A stretch of DNA of 64,000 nt, from NCBI RefSeq assembly GCF_009914755.1, contig NC_060934.1. One strand, given 5' to 3'. Both the position numbers and the translations under genes were made by a program. This document shows positions 1-22,547 of this stretch, one piece after another. The notes beneath the pieces were generated by a model. The model was not told where the DNA came from. It did not search any database and saw nothing but the letters and a program-made list of their open reading frames with translations. Source of the stretch: the human T2T-CHM13v2.0 reference genome, Homo sapiens. Positions within the stretch are counted from its first letter, which is position 1. The number at the start of each line of letters is the position of its first letter.

Positions 1-671
1 TTCTCAAATACACAGTTGTATGTGTTTAGAGAAAGATGAGTATGAGCAAGAGAATGAGGTAGTTATTGTAGGGGTTCCACCATTAATCTGTAAAGAGAAA
101 AGGCTAGAACAGTGAAGGGTAACTATGGTCCTGCTTCACAGTGGAGCCTGCAATATCCTTTCCTGATGAAAGATTAGAAAGTTATCTCCCTGTAGTCCTT
201 TCTTAAGTGTACCCAGCTGTTTAATATTTTAGTGGCTGAAATGCGGTAACAATTTCTTCTTGATATTCTGTTCAGTCACACAGGGTTTCTAGGTTGCTAG
301 TATATATTTTTACCCCCATGAGACTCAATAAAATCTTTCTGTTTTGAATGAAAAAACTGTGTAGCCCATAAATAGTTTTACTTTTTCACAGTTGGACTCT
401 TTTTTAAAAAAAAAATTTCTAAATTTCCAGCCTCAGAGAAGTTATTATTTTGTAATATACAGTTGGACTCTTTTAACAAAAAGATCTCTCATCATGAAGT
501 AGTAGATTTGAAGAAAAAAAGCACATTAAATCCTAAAGACTATGTTTCCTAAAAGTCTTCCCCTCTTCTGCCACATAAAAGGAAGGCCTCAACTTCAAGG
601 AAAAAGTGTATATATACCTTTTATATACCCGGCAATAAATGAATGATTCATTACCTCAAGTTTTGGTATAG

Positions 672-1405
<734 letters not shown>

Positions 1406-2561
1406 CCCACAGAGGCTAGATAGATGAATGACAGATCAATACTATTATGAAGGGAAGCAAAGGTGTTTTGGAGTTTATCCTAAAAATAGAAGTTCTGATT
1501 AGGATAATCAGCCATGCCATTCTACCAAATGGTAAAGTTACTGCCCCTATCATTGAGTTTACCAGCCTGCTTGGATTAAAACAATCTGGATTGTAAAATG
1601 AGGGCAAATCATACTTTGTGACTTGGAAAGTAAATAAGGAAAACAAGTAAATAGGGAAAGTAAATAGAGAAACAAGTTTCCATGAACTCATATCATTTTT
1701 AGTAGTAATAGCATATCATTTCTGAGAGAGGAAAATAGTGAAATCAGTTCTTTAGGAACTTGATGGGAAACAGTGGTTTCCTATCACCATGTGCTCAGTA
1801 TTAGCTAGTTTCGATTATTTATATATTTATAGGTTGCCTAGGAGGAAGGTAGGCATTTAAGATTATCATTAGGTTCATTATAAAAATGATGATAATTCAG
1901 TAATAATGATAGATTTTTATTGCCAGTGTTTTCAAGTATATTATTTTGATGCTTGAAGCCACTCCATAAGATAAGTGGGGAAAATGTATTACCTACCTTC
2001 ATTATATGTTACCTTCACTATATAAGTTAGAAAATGGAAACCCAGGGAGGTTAAACATCATAAACAAGGTTCCACAGGTACCAAGAGTCAAGATTTGAAC
2101 ACAGATCTGCTTGTTCCCAGTCTGGTACACTTTCATTAACACTATGCGTGCTTCCTCCTGAAACATTTTCAATGTATACTTGCCCATAAGAAGACAATTT
2201 AATGGACTATTTATTTCAGAAGCACACATTACTATGGTAACAAAGCCCTCCCTAGCAATAAGATCACCAGCACATTTTCCCACTGAAGTTTAGATTGGAT
2301 TATGTAATCACTACCAAGAGGAGAATAATTATCAAAATTTGCTGGCCTGGTCTTCAAAGTGGTTATGCAGTTCCGTGAAGCTAATGTGCATTTTTAAAAG
2401 AAAAAGTACTTGATTTGGGCGTCTTGCTTTGTTTATGTCTGTTTTCTTGTGCTGTCCCAGATTTACTGGGAAAAAGGAAAAAGCCAAGCATGTTCATGAA
2501 AACCACATGTACTGTGCTATTGGGAATATTTTGTCATTAAGTATTTGAGGGTGTACAATGA

Positions 2562-2843
<282 letters not shown>

Positions 2844-3411
2844 TAATGGTTTCTAAGTGATGAGTGACTTCCAGCACTTACCAATGTTAACACCTCCTTT
2901 ACCACCACAGGTTTAGACAAATGTTTATCTATATTTTGAAATAAAGATCTTAATTTACAGCACTTCAGTTAGGTAAAAGTAAGCTCTCAGAGTACCAAGG
3001 GAAGATTGCAGTACATTGGAACTATTCCTTGTCCCAGAATTCACAACTCTTGGGTCATTGTAATGTTTAGGGGTTAAAGTTTTCCGATACTGCTCTACTG
3101 TAAAATGATTTTCAAGCATTTCACAAACACACATGTTTGAGGAACTGAGGAACTAATAAGGTGTGGTTAATTCAGAGATGAGATAAAGCTTGGGAAAATA
3201 TTTTATGCTAATGGGTGTAAAAAAATTGATTTTAAAAAGATGAGAGATTGAGTTTCTTATCTAAGAACCTCCATACAATAATAAAGATCAGAATTATAAA
3301 AATGATTACTGGTATATTACTTTTGAAATCCTTCTTCTGGCCTTGTTAAGTTTAGTAGAAAGGAGTGTGTGAGTAGATCACAGCGTGCTGCTTCTCCGTT
3401 TCTATGTGTAG

Positions 3412-3699
<288 letters not shown>

Positions 3700-4175
3700 T
3701 AGGTTAAATGCACTTATGATGCTCTTCCACTATATTCTCATTAATTCTAGGTCAGATGTTAATTTGCTGTATCAGTGATGTAACTGAGGTTTAATGATTT
3801 ATTGCTGGTCACATAGTTATAAATTGATAAATTTAGGATGCTAAGAACTCCTTTTTTGAGATGCTTTTTAAATTTCTAAGCTAGGGCTTTCTTTGATACA
3901 TCATGTTTATGACCTATCTGTTTCCCATACATAAGAGGAAAATAATTTTTGTGGCTAGCTATGAAAAGACTCCTATGTGTATATGGAGGGGAAGAAGCGT
4001 AAGAATGTACTTTCCTCCTTCCCCAGCAATGATATTTTGTAAGTAGCAAGTATAGGAGATACTTAAATTACATTTCCTGGATGATTTTTCTTGTAACAAC
4101 AGCCTCCCCACAGCCTCCTCTCCTAAAGTCTCTCATGGCACCTACTTTGATGATATGGAAAAGGGGTATTTCCTC

Positions 4176-5597
<1,422 letters not shown>

Positions 5598-6085
5598 TAT
5601 TATTTTTATTTTTACAGATGAGACAGATAAAGTTAGCCTGAAAGTTACCTTTCTATGGCTGAGAGGACCTGAGATGGAAAATGAGTCAGATTCTTTGTAT
5701 TTTTATAATGGTTAGAATTTGAAGTCTTTGGAATAAGGTGTTGGGGGCAGTTTTTTTCTTTGTGATATAATTGTGGTTGTCTTTTTATTTCTGTGTTGAT
5801 ACTTGGTTGAGGTTCTTTGGTTGGAAGGACCTGGTCAAGTAAAAAGTAGAGGATTATTGAAAATAGAGGCACCTCATCAAACCCAATAGCTTGAATGTGG
5901 CCAGATCTTGGGCAACTGGAAGCCCCTCCCTCCACCTCTTAGTCGCTGTGTGGGATCCTCTATGTCTGTTTCACCCTGTGTGTTGACTTAGTTTATTTAT
6001 CTGGGGGTTTTGTCTCTGGCTGTGAGCTACCACGGCCCAGGCTTAATCACTTTCCAGCTCCAGATACCATCACTGGTTGACTATG

Positions 6086-6275
6086 CAGTGTTTTTGAAAT
6101 ATGGACCCAGGATTATCTGCCTAAGAATCATCTGAGAAGGTCGTTAAAAATGCAGACCCCTTGACCCCACCGCAGACATACTTAATTGGAATCGCTTTTG
6201 ATGGTGGGTTTAACAATCTGTATTTAAAAATAAGATCTCCAGTGACTTTTATCCACACTGGACTTTGAGAACCCC
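6086..6275. mobile_element. MER5-like hAT-Charlie MITE
   Basis: cagtgtttttgaa...agaatcatctg...ttaaaaatgcaga...tttgagaacc pattern. Confidence 0.7.
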
Positions 6276-6405
6276 CAGAATCTAATTGAGTGCCTTGCCT
6301 GACTGTGGGTATGTTGTCCTTGAGGTAGATAACCACCCAGTTTAATCAGTTATGGCAAGGACTGGGGATTATGTGATACCAAATGTATAGTAGTTTATGA
6401 ATGAA

Positions 6406-7220
<815 letters not shown>

Positions 7221-7635
7221 ATTGCTTGTAACAGTACCTGGCAGAATTAGGACTCAAAAGATAGTATTACTACTAGTTTGACTATAACTGTTTCAGCTGC
7301 TCCTACAACAAACATGGCTGCCTGGGCCCACCCAGTTCCAGAGGAAACTGGTGTTTTCAGAGGTGGCAGGCAGAGGGTGCCGCTAACCTAGTGATGATTG
7401 ATTGAGCTCCGCTAACCAAATGATTGATTTGAGCTTTACTGATGCAAACTCATATTTAATGTCTTAACTAGGACAAAATAATCTGAATGTAAATTATTAA
7501 TTTCTTATGTAAGGGCCAAATAAATAAACCACTCCTTTCAAACCAAATTAATAGTAATCAGGAGCAATTTGTCATCCTATTAGCATTTGTCATTAGCAGC
7601 TAAGTGATCTCAATGTAAATAGTGTTTATGTGTGA

Positions 7636-7872
<237 letters not shown>

Positions 7873-8029
7873 TAACCTCATTAAATTGGTCTCAGTGCAA
7901 ATAAGCAAGTTGTTGATAGGGGTCCTGTAACATCTGTAATTAGGTAAGGGTTCTTTAGCTGCTGATAAGTAACTGTGATTCCATTTCCAAATGCAGCCAG
8001 TAAAATTCCTGTGATGTAATCAAGAAGCA

Positions 8030-9770
<1,741 letters not shown>

Positions 9771-10597
9771 GAAAGAAAACTTTGTAATCCTGAAATCTTG
9801 GGTTTGATAAGCTAGTTGTATTTTTTCTATTATCCTTTAAAAGAAACACATAATTATTAAAATAAAAACATTTGCCCATGTAACACCTAAAATTATCTCA
9901 GGTATCACCAGCTAGTTTATGCTGCCCACCTTGCAAAACAATGAGGGTGATGGAGACTTCTTTGTATATATCCAGAAAACTTAAATTGGATTAAATGTGA
10001 TGACTATGAAAAAGAGCTTGTTCATGGCTTCTAAGAATACTCTTATTTAGACCCATGTTGAGAAATTGATACAGATATTTGTTATTGAGTTTTTCTAGAA
10101 AACTTAATTGAAAGAACCTGGATTAAAAAATTCCCATTCTTGATTTCTTTCCTCTTAAGACAATAAATTGCTTAGAATTTGGCACTACATCCACCAAACA
10201 ATCCTTACAGTTACTGTGATCGTTATCAGGCCCCGCCAGCACTGGCAATGGTGTGGAACTCTAGCCCATCTCTGGGCCTTCTTTGGGCTCAACCTCATGA
10301 TTCTCAGTATCATTTCATGGAGGCCACCAAAAAAGGAAGTAGGGTTCCTTGATTGAGTGGAACAGTCTCTAGGGACATGTGGGTCATGTCTTATTTCTAC
10401 TACACCACTAATGTCTTACAGGGCAGGATTCATAAATTACACCTGTTCTGTGCTAGCTCAGTGCTTTGTACACAGTTAACAAATATTTATTGAATGAAAG
10501 ACTGAATAGATGAATGAATGTCAGTGAAGTAAGGGCATTAGTAGATATGCTTTGAGGATGTATCTGGACATTTTCATATGTAAACAATGTTTTTAAG

Positions 10598-10726
10598 GAT
10601 CTAAAAGCTCGGATGCAGGAGGCCATGACTCAGGAAGTGTCAGATGTTTTCAGCGATACCACAACTCCCATCAAGCTGTTGGCAGTGGCAGCCACGGCGC
10701 CTCCTGATGCGCCTAACAGGGAAGAG
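10598..10726 (+). CDS. VCL: Vinculin exon 13 (DLKARMQE...PNREE)
   Basis: aag|, |gtgggt, 129 nt; translated by hand (not in ORF track). Confidence 0.96.
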
Positions 10727-11499
10727 GTGGGTATCTGAGGTCTTCCATTTTTCTGTCAGCCTGTGCTATAGGTATATGTAAAGGTGAAATGTGATTACAG
10801 TGGACATCAGGATCAGTGGTTGGGAAACTGTAGATGAAGGGTGGAAGAGCAGAACAGGGAAAGCCCTACCACCTCTACTTTTAGTCTCCACGTATATCAG
10901 TGAGGAATATCTTTAGTTGCAAGCAATAGAAGACCTGACCATCAGAGATGAAAACAACCGGGTTTGTTTTCATCACAAACCAAGAAACATGGAAGTAGGT
11001 GGCTTTGGCATTGGTTCAGCAGCTAAATATCATGAAAGCTGGCATTTCTATGATTTTCTAGGTCATTTTCTCAGGGTGTGGGATGGCATCATGTTAAATG
11101 CAGGAAGAAATGAAGAATGGGGGTACTCCAGTCACAACTGTGCCTTTCGAGTCAGGATGATCTTTTTAAATCAATCGATGTCATTCTTATACTCAGACCC
11201 TTCCAATGACTCCCCGCTATCCCAGAGTAAAACCAGAGTGCTAACAATGAAGAAAATTGCCAGCGATGTGCTGGTAAGCCAACTCTCCAGGAAAACGAAA
11301 AACCTTGATTTGTAATGTTTGTTGATTTCCATTATGTAAATACTCCCACGGTGGCTGTTTCAACATGAAGTCACTGAAACCTGAGTTGGGAAGAGATGGA
11401 CATGTTTCGCTCCTGTGAGCTGGCACGAGTCGGTACAGGTGGCTTTAGCACACCACTGGATCTGGTCCCCATCCATTTCTTTGCTCTCGTGTGGTACCA

Positions 11500-13035
11500 C
11501 TCTTCCCCCTCATGCTACATCTGTATGTACCTCCTTGAATTGTATTCCTAGTGTGTATTTATATGTTCTAATCTTGGGGCCTTTGCACTCGTTTGTTCCA
11601 GTCTTCTCCAGATAACCATATCTATTAGTTACTGTCTTTCTTCAGCTTTCTACTGAAATGTCACTTTCGGGTGACCACTAAGATAACACCACCACCCCAA
11701 CTACTATCCCCATGGATTTCTTCATCTCCATATCCTACTTTTTCACTTAGCATTTATCAACATTTAATGTATTTACCCATTTTTCATTTTTGGTTTGTCT
11801 GTCTCCCTCCCACTACCATGAAAGCTCCATGCAGGGAGGGACTTTATTCTGTCATTGCCTTATTCCCCCTTCTTGGAACAGTGCCTGCCACATTGTTGGT
11901 GCTGAATGAGTGAAAATAGAGGCTTTCTTAGAAATTGTCCAGGAGAGCTTTGCTATGCCTCATTGGCTTGAACTCTGTCTCATGGCCACCCTAGCTGCAA
12001 AGGAGTTTAGGAAAGCAAGTATTTGGTTTTCCAGCCTTTATAGTATTGGCAGCGAATGAGAAGGGGTTTGGGTCAGGTACCCAAGACAGTGTAGAACTGG
12101 TAGGTGGAGGTTTTTGTTATTATGTGCTGATTACCCCAGTTTTCTTTCTGTAACCTGAGTTACTAGGCAGTTCAGCTGATTGTTCCCTTAGGCTGAGATG
12201 ATTTGCTATTTTTTTAATTCCAGACTTCTCTTTCAGGCTAGTAGATACATCTAGGTGGGCCTCTCCACCTACAGTCTTCCTAGTTACCTCAGCATATGTT
12301 GTCCTTCTGTTCTCTCTCAGAAATTTGTGAGTTGTCATTGACTTTTCCCTTCCCCACACCCGTTCATACAAATAAACAACTAAGGCACACTCATTTAATC
12401 TCACATCCATTTTCTGTTCATATTGCCAGAGCTCTAATTATTTTCCTAGTCCCCTAGTCCCCCTAGAGCTATGACTGCATAGCTCTAACTGGTCTTCTTT
12501 GACTCTTTCACTAGGCCATCAATCAAATAAAAATACAACCTGACTCTGACATTCTCCTGCTTAAACCCTTCAGTGGGGCCTGTACTTTCACAGAGGATAA
12601 GGCCAGGGCTCTGTGATCTAGCTCTGACACTTCCCATACCTGTTTCCTACAAACCCCTCCCTCTCATTTCTGGCCCTAGCTATACCTAGTTGCTTGTGGT
12701 TTCCTGCACAGTCTGTCTTTTCCATGTCTTTGTTTTTTCTGTGTAATTATCTTCCCCTTCTTTTTTGGTGAATTACTATTTATCCTTCATCCTATTATCC
12801 TTTGTTTCCTAGAGAGGTTAAGTGCTTTTTCTTTTGCTCCTACCTATAGTATCAGTGCTTAGCTCTATTATTGTACATAGCACACTGTATTGTAAATCTG
12901 TTTTCGAGTGCTTTTTTCTCACTGGGCTGTGAGTTCCTTGAGATGAGGATATTGTGTTTTACTCATTTTTGTGTCCTCAGCACCTGTCTCAGGGTCTGGC
13001 ACATAGTAGGTGCTCAGTAAATTTTGGTTGAGTGA
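11500..13035. mobile_element. L2 fragments (about 11500-11920 and 12330-13035)
   Basis: L2 3'-end motifs such as ctggcacatagtaggtgctcagtaaa and acagtgcctgccacattgttggtgct. Confidence 0.6.
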
Positions 13036-14272
13036 CGAGAAAAGCAAGTTAAGCAGTTAGTTAAATCAGAAGGAGCAGCAGTCATGGTCTGGCATTGAGA
13101 TGGTCAACCAAGGATATTAGGTAGGTAAAAGCCCAGGAGATCCAGAGTGTGGGAGACCAGCTAGGGTAAAAGAACTGAGGCCACGGGAAGGAGGCTAGGA
13201 GATCAGGGATTTTAGGCAGAGATTCTCAGCATTAAATGGCAGGAACCCATGTAGTTAAATCCAAACAAGAGGCTGGCGTGGGGAAGAGACTTGAGAAGAT
13301 AGACACAGAACACTGGCAATGATTTGGAACCTGCTATTGAACCAAGAGACCTTTAGAGATTGTCTAGAGCCAGAACTGATCTCCAAGTTAGGCAGAAGTT
13401 GACAAAAAAGAGGACGCATTCCACTAGGCAGCTCCAGACATGTTCGTGTAGTGTATAAACCTGACCCAGTGCTGTTGGGAAGCATCAGTTCTAATAATGC
13501 AGTAAGTAAGTAACTGAATGTGAAGACTAAATAAACCCCATTCTCCAAAGCTTATCTTCTAGTTTGAAGAAGATAAGCTTTTGCAAGAATCTATTCTAAC
13601 AAATGACCAAAGATCTCTTGCTACTTTAAGTTTAATAGTCCCCTCCACAGTATGCAACCTTGCACAGTATCCCTGTTAAAGGAAACATTAACTTTTTTAG
13701 AATTTGAGAGCTGAATGAACAATTAAGTAGATGGTTTTGCATTTGGGGTTAATAAAAGTCAGTCATCCTTGCCCTGAGGCCTGAGTGTGAGCACCAGCTA
13801 TCATTTTTCCCTTGGAGGTCAATGGCAGAGTTTTTACAACATTAATGGTAATGGGATATATGAAGGATGCTGCTCTGGGGAGCCTGGAGCTCAATTTAGG
13901 ACTGTGTGGATGTTCTGGGCTTTTAATGTACCCAGCTGCCTACAATAGAGCCTGGAGTGGGCTTGACTGTCTTCTTCAAACTAGAAGATAAGCTTTTGAG
14001 AATGGGGGTTGTTTAGTCTTCACATTCAGCAAATTACTGCAGAGTATATAATGCTCCTGCTTGTACCTGGTAAGCACTGGTTGAACTGGAAATGAAGGTT
14101 ATGTGCGTGTGTGTGTGAGTGTGTTTGTGTGCATTTGCACATGATGGTGATGGCTAAACGTCTGAGGAGATCCATCAAGGCCAGGATTTGGAGTTTGACT
14201 GTTGTTTTATTAACTAGGGTTTGATGTCATCTCTAAAGTCTTTGAGCAGTTGCTGCCCTTCTTAAAGGATGA

Positions 14273-14563
<291 letters not shown>

Positions 14564-14601
14564 TGAATACTTACCGTAAGATGGCATAAAAAAACATATA
14601 C

Positions 14602-16576
<1,975 letters not shown>

Positions 16577-17032
16577 TGATGCTTAGTCTCTCATCTGTAA
16601 AATGGAGCTAACTCCTTCCTAATGGACTCTATTTGGATTAAGAATATGCATGTACAGCCTGTATCTTACCAGATACGTGGCAAATGTTAATCCTTTTTTC
16701 CCCAAATGCTGTAACTGACTGGCCAGGACCTCTTGAGCAGTCACTTAAATTTTCTGAGACTTGGTTTTTGCATCTCTAAAGTAGAGATATTAACTGTCCT
16801 GTCTCATGGGGTTGTTGTGAGGATTTTTTCTTCATATTATTCATAAATCAGTTTTGAGTACTTTTCGGTATCCTTCTTAATGGTGATTTTTAAGATGGAA
16901 GAGTTGACATCAAGTGTTTAAACATATGCCAGTTTTGTGTATGTTCTTCTGAAGTATCAAGTGGACACTCATTTACTTTGTCACTTTATTACCTTCTTAA
17001 AATCAGGCTGTGATGGTAAAACCTTCCTGTGA

Positions 17033-17350
<318 letters not shown>

Positions 17351-18313
17351 TAATCCATGAAGAATGAGTTCTGAGAAATTGGAGTGGGACTGGTTCTGTT
17401 ACTCAGCTGTAATTGGATAAAGGGCCGGTCACGTGCTGAGCAGTGTACTTGGCTCTGCTTAAGGCTGCTGAGCAGTGGCGGCTTCTCATTCAAGCCTTGC
17501 AACTTTGTCAGAAGAGAGACTCTTTGAGTCTCTTTTATTTTAATGCTGCCCTCCTGGCGTGATGTTTATTGTCACCACTCCTATCTTCTCTTTGAATAGT
17601 GTCTTTGCCCAGTCCGAGCCCGAGTTTGGTTTCAGAGGCTGGGAGGCGGTGTTTGTGGATACAGTAAGTGTCCCTGTCATTTTCAGTGGGTTCACATTTC
17701 AAGGAACCACAATAGCTACCATTTAATACAACTTGTCTCAAAGTTTCCTCCAACTTATCAACTACGTAGTTTTTTTAAAAAGGAGAAACCAACCACCAGC
17801 AAACCTGTGTCTGTGCAATTGAAGTGGCACCTCTGAATCGTCTTCATTCTCTGTAAAGGGAGAGATAGGAAAGAAGGAATGAGGAATGTAGGCTTTTTGC
17901 TGTCCCTGCAGAACCTGCTGTGACTGGGGTCCATGGCAGCCCGAGATGAAAGTGGAACTCCTGAGGTGTCTGAAGAGAGGTAACAGGAATAAGAAATAGG
18001 CTGTTACGGTTATTGGAATCCTCCGCATGGCTCATCTTGAGCACTACAAGCTGCCAACAAGCAACAGATGGCTGGGGAGTGAGAGGGACAGGGAGAAAAT
18101 ATTATTCACAGATAACGTGGTGGTGATGCAGTGATGGTTTCAGACATATTCCTTGTTTCCTCCCGATGTTGCATTTCTGGTTGTCTGGGGTGGATACAAG
18201 AAGGCTGGCAACCACGGTTGGTATAAATGCTGCAAATCCAGATGGGCTTTTGGGCTATGTCCTCACTGTTTTTTTTAACTGTGGTGTTTACCTGGAAGCT
18301 TTTGATTATGTAG

Positions 18314-18805
<492 letters not shown>

Positions 18806-18967
18806 TGAGGGAATATGTACCCCACAACCACCACATACAAAGTCTGGGGGCAAAAACTATAGACACTTAGTTTGAGAATGCTAGATTAATCTTTTTCCAT
18901 CCAAGTCTCTGCAGTTATCAGCAGGCTTGTTGTATGTTAGTTTTTCTGGACCAACTTCTCTGTGCTT

Positions 18968-19592
18968 TCTTTTTTTTTTGAGACTCTCACCCAGGCCAGA
19001 GGGCAGTGGCATGATCTCAGCTCACTGAAACCTCCACCTTCTGGGTTCTAGCGATTCTCCTACCTCAGCCTCCCGAGTAGCTGGGATTACAGGTGTGTGC
19101 CACCATGCCTGGCTAATTTTTATGTTTTTAGTAGACAGGGTTTTGCCATGTTGGCCAGGCTGGTCTTGAATTCCTGACCTCAGGTGATCCACCCGCCTTG
19201 GCCTGTCAAAGTGCTGGGATTACAGGTGTGAGCCACCGTGCCCAACCTCTGCGCTTTTTTAGTGCTGGGATTACAGGTGTGAGCCACCGTGCCCAACCTC
19301 TGCGCTTTTTTTTTTTTTTTTTTTTGAGACGGAGTTTTGCTCTTGTTGCCCAGGCTGGAGTACAATGGCACAATCTTGGCTCACTGCAACCTCCGCCCCC
19401 GCCTGGATTCAAGTGATTCTCCTGCCCCAGCCTCCTGAGTAGCTGGGATTACAGGCTCCCACCACCACACCCAGCTAATTTTTTGTAGTTTTAGTAGAGG
19501 CAGAGTTTCACCATGTTGGCCAGGCTGGTCTCAAACTCCAGACCTCAGTTGATCCACCCGCCTTGGCCTCCCAAAGTGCTGGGATTACAGGC
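18968..19592 (-). mobile_element. Two tandem Alus with a 51-bp duplication at their junction
   Basis: Alu consensus; shared target-like motif ctg(t/c)gcttt at 18959, 19248/19299 and 19600. Confidence 0.9.
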
Positions 19593-20430
19593 ATCCAGCC
19601 TGTGCTTTCTTAATATGGTCTGGCTAAATAGCTCCTCGCCTTGTTCAGTCATTATTTTGGAAAATTTTCAAAAGATGCATGATAACCAATTTACCATCCA
19701 TTTAGTTTATGTAACTGGTGTTAACTTCTCTTGGGCTTTTCTTAAAATGCTTTTTTTTCTTTGTAAAGCATTCTCAGTTTCTATCAAATCTGGAGGGCTT
19801 AAGTTGATCTGTGGGTCTCCTAGGCCCTACACCTAAAGAAAATCTGGGTTTTCTTTAGGTGAATTTTGATCATATTTTTGGTACTACCATGGCAGATCAT
19901 AATTGGAGCCGCTCCTTTGGTTGAAATCATCTGAATTCCTTCCTGTTTTGAACATCTGATGTTTTCAGTCTTGTCTATGAGTAGAATGCAGTCAATGCAA
20001 GAGAGTAGGAAGGAGGGGCTCCCCTATTCATCTCTGGTTCAGGCAGAATCTTTCTAATATCCAAAACCCATTATCACTAAGGACATGCTTGGTTTCCTAA
20101 TTGGAGTTTCTAATAGTAGAGTAGATTCCTGAATTCCAGGCAACTGAACAGAGTAGCGCAGCTCAGCATAAGGGTTAACATACTGAATGCCAAGGACAGC
20201 AAAGGAGTAGAGAGAAAGGTGAGAAGTACTTCAGGGAATGTATGTCCAATCTGAAACTGACATCTCCCATGTTCTGAGTTGGGCAGGCTTATCTCTTGAC
20301 TGCCTCATCATAAGAGAGGTGATGGATGCCACCTGAGCCCAAAGTGTTCATGCCCAGGGATCTCCTGGGTACTTTTTAGTTGTACAGCCAAGAAGGCACC
20401 CTGAACACTAAAAGAACAGCTGGTTTGTGA

Positions 20431-20772
<342 letters not shown>

Positions 20773-21783
20773 TGAGCAGGAAGGTGTTGAGACTTCAGCA
20801 AGAGAGAGGTAGATTGTGTTTTAGAGCCTCCATCACTAGGTGGCTTCGTTTAGCTTTCATTTGAAGCTTAGTGGGAGGCAGATCTCGATTTTCATTCCTA
20901 AATCCAGTGGAGTTATAACCTAGTGCTTATATGCATGGGTTGTGTGTGTGTGTGTAGTACTGGTGTGTGTGGTAGTGGCTTGCTGTGATGGGGAGCGGCT
21001 GGAGCAGAGGAGCTGGCTTTGGTAAGTGTGGATGTGATGAGTGATGAGGTAGTGCATTGTGGTAAAATAATCTGCACAGCTTGGAGTAAGGAGATTTGGT
21101 GTGTTCTTAGTTGATAATGGTAGAACCGAGGTGGTTGAAATCTTGTGTTGGTTCTTTCCTTTATTTGACTTTTTTTTAAGTAACAAGATACATGCTTTTA
21201 AAAAATTTTTCCCTAACTATAATTTAAGATCTTTAGATACCTTCCCTACTACCCCCCGCAAGTACCGTGAATATATTTTTACATGGTGTAGGAAGAAGCT
21301 AGCTAGGCAGTATGTTGCAGACACAAATTCCAGAAACAGAAATAGTGATTATTTCTAGACACTTATTCCAACTAACAGTATTAGAAATACCTTGACTTTG
21401 TAAATAACTTATCAAGGCAATAATCTGATTTACTTTCCCATATTTAATGTCAGTAAAAGATGTTAAGTTTTTAAGTTGGTTGAGTACAAAATTGTGTCAT
21501 CGCACACACAGCTAAGGAACAGTGTTTCCCAGCCTTCAACGCATCTTAGATTCTTCCCAGCTGGGTGCTTGGTGGGTGTTTAGAGCTGGGAGAGAGGGCT
21601 ATTCCTGGGAATGGCTTCTTATGTGAGCAACAGAGTTATGTCATTTAGAATCTGGATCTTAGAGGTCATTTGGTCTAGCTACCCCTCAGTGACAGATGAG
21701 GAACCTCAGGCCAAGGGGAGAAGTTACTTGCCTATGTAGCTGCTTTTTGGTAGAACCAGGACCACAACTTACATCTTCTGTAG

Positions 21784-22169
<386 letters not shown>

Positions 22170-22361
22170 CACTGCTAGCTTTTTGTAGAGAAACCTGCTT
22201 CTGTTGAGATTGAAGCAGGTGGTCCTTGTGGCTCAGTGTGGGTGGTCTTATGTGGAGTCAATATGGGTGGGTTTTCTAGGGATGCTTTTTAGAAGAAAGG
22301 AAAGAATTCCAGGGGGGAGTAGTTTTAGGACTTTACTTACAACTTGTTTTCTCTTTTTTAG

Positions 22362-22547
22362 CTAACAGATGAGCTTGCTCCTCCCAAACCACCTCTGCCT
22401 GAAGGTGAGGTCCCTCCACCTAGGCCTCCACCACCAGAGGAAAAGGATGAAGAGTTCCCTGAGCAGAAGGCCGGGGAGGTGATTAACCAGCCAATGATGA
22501 TGGCTGCCAGACAGCTCCATGATGAAGCTCGCAAATGGTCCAGCAAG
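22362..22547 (+). CDS. VCL: Vinculin exon 18 (proline-rich linker and tail helix H1, [11 protein letters not shown]...KWSSK)
   Basis: tag|, |gtaagt, 186 nt. Confidence 0.97.

Noticed and set aside
7379-7436. Imperfect ~29-bp tandem duplication (ccgctaacc...tgattga..gagct); similar short ones at about 12447, 16040 and 48290
   Set aside because: Ordinary slippage duplications with no evident function
10917-11315. 132-aa intronic ORF
   Set aside because: Non-ATG start, no recognisable homology, lies in probable degraded repeat sequence
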